Assembly (NCBI GenBank): GCA_964504605.1
Contig: CAZDFB010000002.1
Location: forward strand, 5,037-69,036
DNA from: an uncultured Oscillospiraceae bacterium
Lineage (GTDB): Bacteria > Bacillota > Clostridia > Oscillospirales > Oscillospiraceae
DNA length: 64,000 nucleotides
Direction: 5' to 3'
The notes beneath the pieces are model-generated. The model saw only the letters and a list, made by a program, of their open reading frames with translations, searched no databases and was not told where the DNA came from. This document shows, piece after piece, positions 29,070 through 36,740 of this stretch; position 1 is the stretch's first letter, and the number at the start of each line of letters is the position of its first letter. A program made the translations under genes and the position numbers.

Positions 29070-29585
29070 ATGGCAGTTTTCCGAGTGGAACGAAACACAG
29101 GCTACACCGTAATGAGCAACCACCACCTACGCAACAAGGAGCTGTCCCTAAAGGCAAAGGGGCTGTTATCGCAAATGCTGTCCTTGCCGGAGGATTGGGA
29201 CTATACCCTTGCGGGGCTGTCCTACATCAACCGGGAAAGTATCGACGCTATCCGTACTGCGATATGGGAGCTTGAAAAAGCCGGATATATCACAAGGCGG
29301 CAGGGACGCGACGAGAAAGGCAAAATGACAGCGATTGAATACACCATTTACGAGCAGCCGCAACCGCCGCAGTTGGAAAAGCCGATATTGGAAAATCCAA
29401 CAGTGGGCAAACCGATATTGGAAAATCCGACAACGGATAATCCGACGTCGGAAAATCCAATGCAATTAAATAAAGATATACAAAGAACTGACTTACCAAA
29501 GAAAGAAAAATCAAATACGGATTTATCAAGTACCCATTCCATTCCTAGGAACGCTTACCGGCTATCTTATGTGTCAAGTATTTAG
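29070..29585 (+). CDS. Winged-helix/HTH DNA-binding protein of the kind common in clostridial integrative elements, probably C-terminally truncated
   Basis: MAVFRVERNTGYTVMSNHHLRNKELSLKAKGLLSQMLSLPEDWDYTLAGL...AIWELEKAGYI. RBS AAAGGAG upstream. The conserved-looking sequence gives way abruptly to AT-rich DNA after about residue 155. Confidence 0.65.
   Translation: MAVFRVERNTGYTVMSNHHLRNKELSLKAKGLLSQMLSLPEDWDYTLAGLSYINRESIDAIRTAIWELEKAGYITRRQGRDEKGKMTAIEYTIYEQPQPPQLEKPILENPTVGKPILENPTTDNPTSENPMQLNKDIQRTDLPKKEKSNTDLSSTHSIPRNAYRLSYVSSI
29376..29460 (+). repeat. In-frame tandem repeat (30-nt period) encoding (K)PILENPT units
   Basis: CCGATATTGGAAAATCC occurs at 29382-29398 and 29412-29428, with a third degenerate GGAAAATCC copy at 29450-29458. 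Confidence 0.6.
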
Positions 29586-29589
29586 CAGC

Positions 29590-29745
29590 ATGAGCGTGTT
29601 CGGAAAAGTTGAGTATCATTTTCCGCTGTTTGAAATGCTGGCATATTTTCTCTTTATGCTGGTCATTCAAATGTTCTTTTCCACGCAGACAATCCGGCAA
29701 ATTAAAAAACAATCCTTGATAGAACAAATACGAGAAATAGCATAA
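29590..29745 (+). CDS. Candidate 51-aa hydrophobic ORF, possibly the remnant 3' end of a deleted gene
   Basis: ATG 29590 to TAA 29743-29745, followed immediately by a strong terminator. No RBS. Below the ORF-track cutoff. Confidence 0.2.
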   Translation: MSVFGKVEYHFPLFEMLAYFLFMLVIQMFFSTQTIRQIKKQSLIEQIREIA

Positions 29746-29756
29746 TTCTTTCTTGA

Positions 29757-29797
29757 AAACCGGGGTGCAGACGATAGCCACCCCGGTTTTTCTTTTT
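29757..29797 (+). terminator. Rho-independent terminator inside the element
   Basis: AAAACCGGGGTG / CACCCCGGTTTT stem followed by TCTTTTT. Confidence 0.55.
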
Positions 29798-29979
29798 GAG
29801 ATTTTTTGAAATCTCCTTATCTTGTAACAATTCAGCATGATTATTTGTTGAAATTGAGAATGGCACGGAGATTTTTGTGACATTCATTCTTTATAATTAC
29901 AGCAGAATAGAAAAGCACTCTGCCGCACGACGGCAAAAGAAAAAAAGCCGTCGTACAGCAGCCCTATCAACACGCCTAT

Positions 29980-30024
29980 GAAACGGCGGCTTTGAGAAAA
30001 ATTCAGAGCCGCCGTTTCTTTTCG
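29980..30024 (+). terminator. Long stem-loop / terminator inside the element
   Basis: GAAACGGCGGCTTTGAG / TCAGAGCCGCCGTTTC stem followed by TTTTCG. Confidence 0.5.
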
Positions 30025-30225
30025 TCTATCCTAAACCAACGACGACCCAACACCGTGTAAAGTACACGGCGGCAAACAAGGAGGATTTGTCGCCGTGTCT
30101 ATTTTTGCATTGATACACAGCACCCATGATTTGCACCAGTTAAAAAAAGCATAGCCCCACCTCCGGGATATTCTGCTTTTGAATGTGAACTGTCAGTTCT
30201 TTATATTGCTTTTGTTATTTCCTAT

Positions 30226-30265
30226 GCGTCTGTCCGCGCCCTTTTGCGGACAGGCGCATTTTGTC
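30226..30265 (+). terminator. Stem-loop upstream of the sigma-like gene (terminator or attenuator candidate)
   Basis: GCGTCTGTCCGC / GCGGACAGGCGC (one mismatch) followed by ATTTTGTCGTTTC. Confidence 0.4.
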
Positions 30266-30389
30266 GTTTCGGAGAAATTTTTTCAAAAACTTTCTCTGAA
30301 TGTTTGGCATTTTCCCCGTGCCGTTTGTTGAGGGGTTACGAAAGGGGAAATCATCACCCGCTTTCGCGGTTGCGAAAGGAGGTGATACC

Positions 30390-30827
30390 ATGAATGAACC
30401 TAATCGTACCCAATGGCAAATCCGATGTGCTTTTAACGGGTTCTGCAAGCGGGCATTGAAGAATGAAGCTATCAATGCTCACGGGGAGATCAAAAGGCGG
30501 CAGCTACAAGAAGTTTCGTTTTCTGACCTTACTCCGCAAGAGGAAAATCAGCTTTACACCTACGACACTTACTTTGAACATGATGAAGCTGAAAAATCCT
30601 TTTGTATGGCAGGCAAGGAAATAACTGCAAAACTGCTTGCCGAAGCCCTGCACAGGTTGCCGGACGATAAACGGGAAGCCGTATTGCTGTATTACTTTTT
30701 CGATATGAATGACGCGGAGATTGCAAAGCTCCACGACATTCCGAGAAGCACAGTACAGTACCGACGGACAAGCTCATTTGAACTGTTAAAACGCTATTTG
30801 GAGGAACGCGCCTATGACTGCACATAA
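30390..30827 (+). CDS. Sigma-70 region-4-type small sigma-like factor (Tn916 Orf7-like)
   Basis: 145 aa. The C-terminus LPDDKREAVLLYYFFDMNDAEIAKLHDIPRSTVQYRRTSSFELLKRYL is a sigma r4 HTH. RBS AAAGGAGGTG upstream. Confidence 0.75.
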   Translation: MNEPNRTQWQIRCAFNGFCKRALKNEAINAHGEIKRRQLQEVSFSDLTPQEENQLYTYDTYFEHDEAEKSFCMAGKEITAKLLAEALHRLPDDKREAVLLYYFFDMNDAEIAKLHDIPRSTVQYRRTSSFELLKRYLEERAYDCT

Positions 30828-31065
30828 TGGTAACACCGAACAGGACGAGCGCGGCTTGTTACCGTACCCGGTAATCATAGCCGCAACAAAGGGCGACCCG
30901 GAAGCTATGAAGATTGTCGTACAACATTACGAAAGCTACATAGCGTCCCTGTCTATGAGAAAACTCCGCGACGAACGCGGCAACACCTACTACGGCATAG
31001 ACGAGGACATACGCGACCGCTTACGGTCAAAGCTCATGCGGGCTGTCCTTTCATTCAAGGTATAA
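30814..31065 (+). CDS. Conjugative-transposon-type helix-turn-helix protein (Tn916 Orf8-like, HTH_16-like)
   Basis: 83 aa. ...AATKGDPEAMKIVVQHYESYIASLSMRKL... It overlaps the sigma-like gene by 14 nt, the usual Orf7/Orf8 arrangement. Confidence 0.7.
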   Translation: MTAHNGNTEQDERGLLPYPVIIAATKGDPEAMKIVVQHYESYIASLSMRKLRDERGNTYYGIDEDIRDRLRSKLMRAVLSFKV

Positions 31066-31503
31066 GGTAGACCCGGCAGCGTCCCCCTTTCCGCTGCCTA
31101 TGGCTATCCTGCCTTTTCTGCTCCTTGACAAAGAAAGCGACGCAAGATAACGGCGGCGCAGCATAGGGCAAATCAGATACGTTCCTTTTGCGCCGAGCCA
31201 TGCGGTGGGTGCGCCATGACTTCCCGACCGGGAATGAGCGACCAACACCACGCCGGAAAACAAGTGTAGCGGCTTGTGGGCGACGACACGCAAAATACAT
31301 AATGATACTCCCTTACAGCCACAGTCCGAGCGTTCAAAGCGTCGCAGGCAATGGGTAGGGCTGCGCGAGAACCGCGCAGGGGTGGAACTCCCGTGAGATT
31401 GCAGCTAACAATCGTCTGATAAAAGCCCCTCTTTTTATGTTGTAATAGTGGACTTGCCACTATTCATATAGTGTATTAGCCATTTCTGAAAGGGGGCTAA
31501 ACA

Positions 31504-31653
31504 TTGGAAAAAACACAAAACCCTAAACCTATTTGTAAGAGTGTTTTCAAAAGCGGCGAAAACACGACTTCTAAAACACAATTCACAAAAACGTGGATTG
31601 AAATGATAAATAAAATTGAGAAAGGCAAAATTGTAAACTTTTCTAAAAAGTGA
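31504..31653 (+). CDS. Candidate 49-aa basic ORF just upstream of the recombinase (function unknown, speculative directionality factor)
   Basis: TTG start 7 nt after AAAGGGGG. The peptide is (M)EKTQNPKPICKSVFKSGENTTSKTQFTKTWIEMINKIEKGKIVNFSKK. Below the ORF-track cutoff. Confidence 0.25.
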   Translation: MEKTQNPKPICKSVFKSGENTTSKTQFTKTWIEMINKIEKGKIVNFSKK

Positions 31654-31655
31654 TG

Positions 31656-31700
31656 ACAAGCCGTTTCTGTTGTGATACGATCACGATAGAAATGGCTTGT
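31656..31700 (+). promoter_or_regulatory. Extended stem-loop immediately upstream of the recombinase RBS
   Basis: ACAAGCCGTTTCT / AGAAATGGCTTGT (13 bp including one G-U) encloses an inner GTGAT-ACG-ATCAC hairpin. It is followed by TCTATCTCTT and then GAAGGAG-N7-ATG. Confidence 0.45.
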
Positions 31701-31725
31701 TCTATCTCTTGAAGGAGATACGAAC

Positions 31726-33279
31726 ATGAAAGTAGCTATTTATTGCCGCTTATCCGAAGAAGATAGAAACAAGCAATTTGAAACCGACGACAGCAACAGC
31801 ATACAGAACCAAAAGGCTATGCTGCTGCAATACGCTGCGGAACAGGGGTGGGAACTTTACAACATATACAGCGACGACGACTACACGGGTTTAGATAGAC
31901 GACGCCCGGAATTTAACCGTCTGCTCAAAGACGCAGAAGCACACAAATTTGATATTATCCTCTGTAAAACACAATCCCGCTTCACCCGTGAATTGGAATT
32001 AGTTGAGAAGTACATACACGGGCTATTCCCTATTTGGGGTATTCGTTTCATCAGCATTGTTGACAACGCCGATACCGCCAACAAGGGCAACAAAAAGTCA
32101 CGGCAGATCAACGGACTTGTCAATGAATGGTATTTGGAGGATATGTCCGAGAATATCCGCAGCGTTCTGACCAACAGACGAGTGAATGGTTTTCATATCG
32201 GTGCATTTGCCCTTTATGGGTACAAGAAAGACCCCGACCAAAAGGGACACTTGATAATCGACGAAGAAGCCGCAGCCGTTGTCCGAGAAGTATTTACCCT
32301 ATTCGCAGAGGGTTACGGAAAAACTGCGATTGCCCGTATGCTCAATGACAGGGGCATACCTAATCCAACTGAATATAAGCGTCTGCATGGCTTACGATAT
32401 AAGCAGCCGAAAACCAAAAACAGCACTTTATGGAAATACTTTGCTATTTCCGATATGCTGATAAATGAAATCTATATTGGAAATATGGTTCAAGGCAAAT
32501 ACGGCAGCGTTTCCTATAAGACGAAGCAAAACAAACCCCGCCCTAAAAGTGAGTGGTACATTGTCGAGGGGACGCATGAGCCAATCATAGACCGTGAGTT
32601 ATGGGACAGAGTGCAGGCGTTGGTGGAACAGAAAGCGAAACCGTTTGACGTTGGTACAATCGGCTTGTTTGCACGAAAAGCCCGTTGTGCTAATTGCGGT
32701 TACACGATGCGTTCTTCCAAAAATCGCGGCAGACACTATCTGCAATGCTCAAACCGCCATGTGGCAAAAGACGCTTGTATCGGTTCTTTTATCTCTGTTG
32801 ATAAATTGGAGGGGCTTGTCATTGACGAGCTGAACCGTTTAGCAGCCGAGTATCTTGACAAGGACGAGTTAGAACAGAATATTGAGTTTTGCGATAACTT
32901 ACAGGCACAAAAATCCCGCCTACTCTCCGACATAGCAATCTACGAAAAAAAGGTTGCAGAGTATTCAAAGGGTATTCGGGAGCTTTACATGGATAAGGTC
33001 AAGGGCTTAATTTCTGAAAGTGATTATTTGGAAATGTCAAAGGATTTTACCACAGACCGCGACCGTTTAGAGCGCGTGATCGCTGACGGACAAAAGCAGT
33101 TATCCGAAATCGAAGAAAAAATTGCGGCGGGCGACAATCGCCGCGAACTGATTGAACAATATACCAACTTGGAACATCTAACCCGTGAAATTGTGGAAAC
33201 GCTGATTGATTATATATCTGTTGGCAAGCGTATTCCGGGAACAAAGGACGTTCCGATTGAAATTCACTGGAACTTTTAA
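31726..33279 (+). CDS. Large serine recombinase (TnpX/TndX-like, DUF4368-type C-terminus)
   Basis: 517 aa. Resolvase catalytic N-terminus MKVAIYCRLSEED, recombinase domain, Cys cluster CANCG...C...C, coiled coil and the tail ...LIDYISVG......IEIHWNF. The stop lies 7 nt before the right inverted repeat. Confidence 0.93.
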   Translation: MKVAIYCRLSEEDRNKQFETDDSNSIQNQKAMLLQYAAEQGWELYNIYSDDDYTGLDRRRPEFNRLLKDAEAHKFDIILCKTQSRFTRELELVEKYIHGLFPIWGIRFISIVDNADTANKGNKKSRQINGLVNEWYLEDMSENIRSVLTNRRVNGFHIGAFALYGYKKDPDQKGHLIIDEEAAAVVREVFTLFAEGYGKTAIARMLNDRGIPNPTEYKRLHGLRYKQPKTKNSTLWKYFAISDMLINEIYIGNMVQGKYGSVSYKTKQNKPRPKSEWYIVEGTHEPIIDRELWDRVQALVEQKAKPFDVGTIGLFARKARCANCGYTMRSSKNRGRHYLQCSNRHVAKDACIGSFISVDKLEGLVIDELNRLAAEYLDKDELEQNIEFCDNLQAQKSRLLSDIAIYEKKVAEYSKGIRELYMDKVKGLISESDYLEMSKDFTTDRDRLERVIADGQKQLSEIEEKIAAGDNRRELIEQYTNLEHLTREIVETLIDYISVGKRIPGTKDVPIEIHWNF

Positions 33280-33285
33280 TCAAAA

Positions 33286-33295
33286 GTTGTTCTTA
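33286..33295. repeat. Right terminal inverted repeat arm GTTGTTCTTA
   Basis: Reverse complement of 28829-28838, located 13 nt before the GA at 33309-33310. Confidence 0.65.
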
Positions 33296-33305
33296 TATGA
33301 TTGTA

Positions 33306-33500
33306 GCAGAGCAGAAGGCAAGGGTAACCTATGACAATATTCTCCGGCTTTCGGATGACCCGGACGTAAATGATGTGATCAAATTCCTCCGGGAGCGGGA
33401 AATCGTCCATTTCCAGCGCTTTGGCGAGGCCTGTCAGCTGCTCAGAGAGAAGCTGGATCGAAGAAATGTGTATTATATGAATCCTGCTTTCGATATGTAA
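33306..33500 (+). pseudogene. cotJC: cotJC 3' segment (about the last 63 codons). It becomes in frame with 28409-28815 after excision.
   Basis: (A)EQKARVTYDNILRLSDDPDVNDVIKFLREREIVHFQRFGEACQLL...YYMNPAFDM is the conserved CotJC C-terminus. It has no RBS or plausible start of its own. Confidence 0.85.
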
Positions 33501-33506
33501 AGAGTC

Positions 33507-34895
33507 TCAGGGTCTCATTGCCGGGATCATGATGCAGTCCCGATAGTTTCCGTCGGTGGATGCCACATCCAGCAGATATACCGGCTGGTAAAAGCCCTTC
33601 GTATCGATTTCATAATCCATGCGGCAGGAGAAAACACGCACCTCCGCGGGGGATTTGTACTCAAAATATCCCCCATCATAAAATTTCCCACTACAAAGGC
33701 TGCTGTATGCCTCCATGGGTGAAAGAATCACGGCATCCTGATAGTAGCGGTACCAGACCAGATGATTATTGACACAGGCTGCCGTACCGTCTGTCTGCAT
33801 ATAGCACCGCAGGGTGCCATCCATTAAAACGGCACCGTCTCTCACCGCGTCACAGGTAAAGCTGTACCAGCCGTCCCCTTCTGCCTCGAAAGCAGCGCTC
33901 TCCGGGATGTGGACCGGGAAAGCAGCAAGGGCCTGCAAAACGGTCTCCCGGTCTTCGTCAGGGCTGCCTTCGCCGTTCCAGCTGTTGATAGTGAGTTCGA
34001 AGCTTCCGTCGTAATAATAGACAGAGAGAATGCCGCCGGAAAGGTTGTAATAAACCATTTCCTGGTAATAGCTGATCATGTCCACCTCCTGACCGATGGA
34101 GGCGGCAAGCTCCCGGGCGAAGGCATCGCACTGGGCCCTGCTCAATGCCTGGGTCTGATATACCGGTGCCTGCTCCCCTGCCTCAGGCAGGTCGCAGTCC
34201 AGGATCCACTGAACATTGCGGGTGTTATTAGTATACGCGGGGGCATTGGGAAGATTGCCGTATTCCTGCAGCTGATACGCACAGAAAATACTGCCGATGG
34301 CAACAAATGGAATGAGAAGAAGCCCGGAATAGGCAAGCGCAGGCTTCAGTCGGGTGCCCTTCGGTCCGGTCAGCGCTATGGCGGCAAAATAGCCCATTGC
34401 GGTGCCGAGGGTATTGGCAAACAGATCGTCTGCGTCGCAGATTCCCCGGGCGAAGGCCAGCTGGAGGAGCTCGATGACCAGCGAGAGGGCAAAGCCCGTG
34501 GAGATGGTCGTGTACCACCTACGGAATTTTCGGATCAGCAGCGGCAGAAGAAAGCCCAGAGGGCCAAACATGGCGATGTTCAGAAGCACATTCGCCCAGT
34601 TCTTCGTGGAAAAATTATTCCATGCCTCCCGCCATGCCCGGAACAGGTGGAAATTCCAGTCCCGGTAATGACCGGCACTCCGAAAAAATGTAGCGTAGAT
34701 AACAATGAGCGTGTATCCGGCAAAGACCAGCCAGCCGATGGCCCGGGGCCAGGGGAATTTCTTTTCTCCGCCGTACTTTTTCCTGTAAAGCCACCGGCAG
34801 ATCAGCAGGGCTGCCACTGCGCCCAGGCTACCCAACAGGCACAGGCTGAGGGCGGATTCCAGCTGCCCGAGAACGTACCACAGAAATTCATACAT
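33507..34895 (-). CDS. VanZ-family membrane protein with a large C-terminal extracytoplasmic domain
   Basis: The N-terminal ~190 aa has the VanZ pattern (NVLLNIAMFGPLGFLLP...LSLVIELLQL...RGICDADDLFANTLG). Start at MYEFLW with RBS AAAGGAG. Confidence 0.7.
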   Translation of the reverse strand: MYEFLWYVLGQLESALSLCLLGSLGAVAALLICRWLYRKKYGGEKKFPWPRAIGWLVFAGYTLIVIYATFFRSAGHYRDWNFHLFRAWREAWNNFSTKNWANVLLNIAMFGPLGFLLPLLIRKFRRWYTTISTGFALSLVIELLQLAFARGICDADDLFANTLGTAMGYFAAIALTGPKGTRLKPALAYSGLLLIPFVAIGSIFCAYQLQEYGNLPNAPAYTNNTRNVQWILDCDLPEAGEQAPVYQTQALSRAQCDAFARELAASIGQEVDMISYYQEMVYYNLSGGILSVYYYDGSFELTINSWNGEGSPDEDRETVLQALAAFPVHIPESAAFEAEGDGWYSFTCDAVRDGAVLMDGTLRCYMQTDGTAACVNNHLVWYRYYQDAVILSPMEAYSSLCSGKFYDGGYFEYKSPAEVRVFSCRMDYEIDTKGFYQPVYLLDVASTDGNYRDCIMIPAMRP

Positions 34896-34970
34896 AGAAA
34901 ACACTCCTTTCTTGCAGACATTATACAACATTCCCGCCGCAACTGCAATGCGGCGGGAATTAAAGCTTTA

Positions 34971-36740
34971 TTAAGTTTTCGGTGTTTCCGTAATTTCCGC
35001 ACCGCCCCACTCCACCAGGGCAAAGCCTGTTCGCTCCCATTGGGGGATGGTCTGGGGAGAAACGGCAACCGGGGCATCCAGGGCCTTCCAGGCCATGAAG
35101 ACCCGCAAAATACTGTCCGGGGCCGGGTCAACGGTGAGAACGGCGGAATCCGTGTAGTCCTCCCACTGGAAGGAAATCAGGTTGTAGGGATTGCCCTCCA
35201 TCCGGGGCAGCCAGTAGATGATAAATTCATTGGCTTCTCTGTCCGTCAGTCCCATTTGGGAGAGGACAGTTTCCAGAAAGTCCTTCGTATCTGCCCCTGC
35301 CACGACAAAGCCGGTGGAGAGGTCATATGCCCGGCTGCTGACACCTTCCCAGAACAGACAGTAGTATTCCCGACCGGTATCCGGGTCTGTCAGGGTCCCG
35401 TCGGGCCTTGCCAGGACGTTCCAGCCATTTTTATAGCTGGGATAGGTGGAGGTCAGCACCCCATCGTAATCCAGCATGAGGGAAACCATCGTCTCCTTCC
35501 GGGGATAGAGATAGATCACCGGCTTTTCCGCACGGATCTCTTCATCATAAACAGCTGTACCGAGAATGGTACCATCCACTCCCACCCGGACGGCGTAGAG
35601 GACTTCGTCCTGCACAAAGGTTACGAGCCATTCCCCTTCGCAGCTGTCAAACCGATAAGAACGGATGGTGGCAGTGGCTTCCAGCTCCTTCGCTGCGATT
35701 TCCGTGGCCTCCGGGGCTTGGATGATTCCCTCTGCCAGCGACATGGACCGCAGAAGCTCCATAGCCTCTTCGCCATAAAGTGCCCAACTCTCCTCCGTTG
35801 CGGCATTATTCAGAACATAGGCGCCGGGCAGGTCCGGGAAGGTGATATAATCCCAGACAGACTTGTTGTCATAGGTTCCCTGGATGCCCCGCAGGCCGCT
35901 TAAAAGCCGGATTTCCTTTGTATCCAGGCCGGTCCCGCATACGCCGTAGCCATCGGGATAGAAGCGCAGCTGGAGCTTACAGTCCTCACAGTCCCGGGGC
36001 CAGAAGCAGATGCCAAAGCAGCCGCTCCCGGAATCGTATTCCTCGATTTCATATTCCCAACCGGCATCCAGCGTCAGGCTCATGCTTGCGTAATCCCGGG
36101 CGCAGGAGACGGTTTTGCATTCCTTTAGCCACAGAACCTCCCGATAGCCGCTGCTTTCCGTGACGTACTCCAGCATCACTGTATCCCCGGGGGACAGCGC
36201 ATCAAAAAGCGTCAGCCGGGAGTCTTCAACCAGTGTCAGGGTCAAAATCTGTGTTTCATCCAGCATGGGAACCTGAAGCTTCAGAATGGAATTCCCCGGA
36301 TCCTTGTAAACCTCCGTTACGCTCTGAACCGTGCCGGTGAAGATTTCCCGGGTTAGCTGATTTTCGTCCACCGCTTTCCAGCCTAACTCGGTAAGGCTTT
36401 GCAGCACATTTTTGGGCAGATCATCAAAGGTTCCATCCTCCAGCTTCCGGCAGAAATATACCCCCGTGGAGCCGGGATAGGATTCCTCAATTCCGTCGTG
36501 GACAATCCGTATCAGATCACCGGATTTTAGCCCGTCAAACAGTTTTCCCTTCCGGGACAAGTCAACCATGCACACGGGAGAATCGTCAATCAGAATCACC
36601 CCGGTTCCGTTGCTGGTTTCCAGATAGCGTCCGGTGGAAATTCCCCGGGCCTGGGTGCAGAGCAGGCACCCAATCGGGACTGCCAGTAGGACCAGAAGCA
36701 CAATTACCAAAATCAGCCATTTTTTCTTCACAAAAATCAC
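34971..36740 (-). CDS. Signal-anchored extracytoplasmic protein of unknown function (589 aa)
   Basis: N-terminal KKKWLILVIVLLVLLAVPIGCLLC anchor. It overlaps the upstream anti-sigma-like gene by 4 nt (operon). Confidence 0.6.
   Translation of the reverse strand: MIFVKKKWLILVIVLLVLLAVPIGCLLCTQARGISTGRYLETSNGTGVILIDDSPVCMVDLSRKGKLFDGLKSGDLIRIVHDGIEESYPGSTGVYFCRKLEDGTFDDLPKNVLQSLTELGWKAVDENQLTREIFTGTVQSVTEVYKDPGNSILKLQVPMLDETQILTLTLVEDSRLTLFDALSPGDTVMLEYVTESSGYREVLWLKECKTVSCARDYASMSLTLDAGWEYEIEEYDSGSGCFGICFWPRDCEDCKLQLRFYPDGYGVCGTGLDTKEIRLLSGLRGIQGTYDNKSVWDYITFPDLPGAYVLNNAATEESWALYGEEAMELLRSMSLAEGIIQAPEATEIAAKELEATATIRSYRFDSCEGEWLVTFVQDEVLYAVRVGVDGTILGTAVYDEEIRAEKPVIYLYPRKETMVSLMLDYDGVLTSTYPSYKNGWNVLARPDGTLTDPDTGREYYCLFWEGVSSRAYDLSTGFVVAGADTKDFLETVLSQMGLTDREANEFIIYWLPRMEGNPYNLISFQWEDYTDSAVLTVDPAPDSILRVFMAWKALDAPVAVSPQTIPQWERTGFALVEWGGAEITETPKT

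Larger units (their letters stand above)
28816..33310 (+). mobile_element. About 4.5-kb serine-recombinase element inserted in cotJC (Tn4451/Tn5397-like ends, Tn916 Orf7/Orf8-like regulatory module, no transfer genes)
   Basis: It interrupts a conserved ORF. It is bounded by GA dinucleotides within identical GCAGA cores, with symmetric terminal inverted repeats. It is visibly lower in G+C and uses more A/T-ending codons than the flanks. A large serine recombinase gene sits flush with the right end. Confidence 0.8.

Noticed and set aside
29545-29887. 112-aa and 61-aa ORFs on the - strand.
   Set aside because: They lie in an AT-rich spacer, have no RBS, are Lys/Phe-rich and low in complexity, and run through a + strand terminator hairpin.
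31066-31500. Group II intron or retron ncRNA inside the element (GTGCGCC..., GC-rich structured block).
   Set aside because: There is no domain V-like sequence, no reverse transcriptase ORF and no intron-boundary consensus.
33909-35903. 664-aa ORF on the + strand.
   Set aside because: It spans two - strand genes plus their intergenic spacer and is Gly/Pro/Arg-rich. It is a shadow of the VanZ gene and the 589-aa gene.
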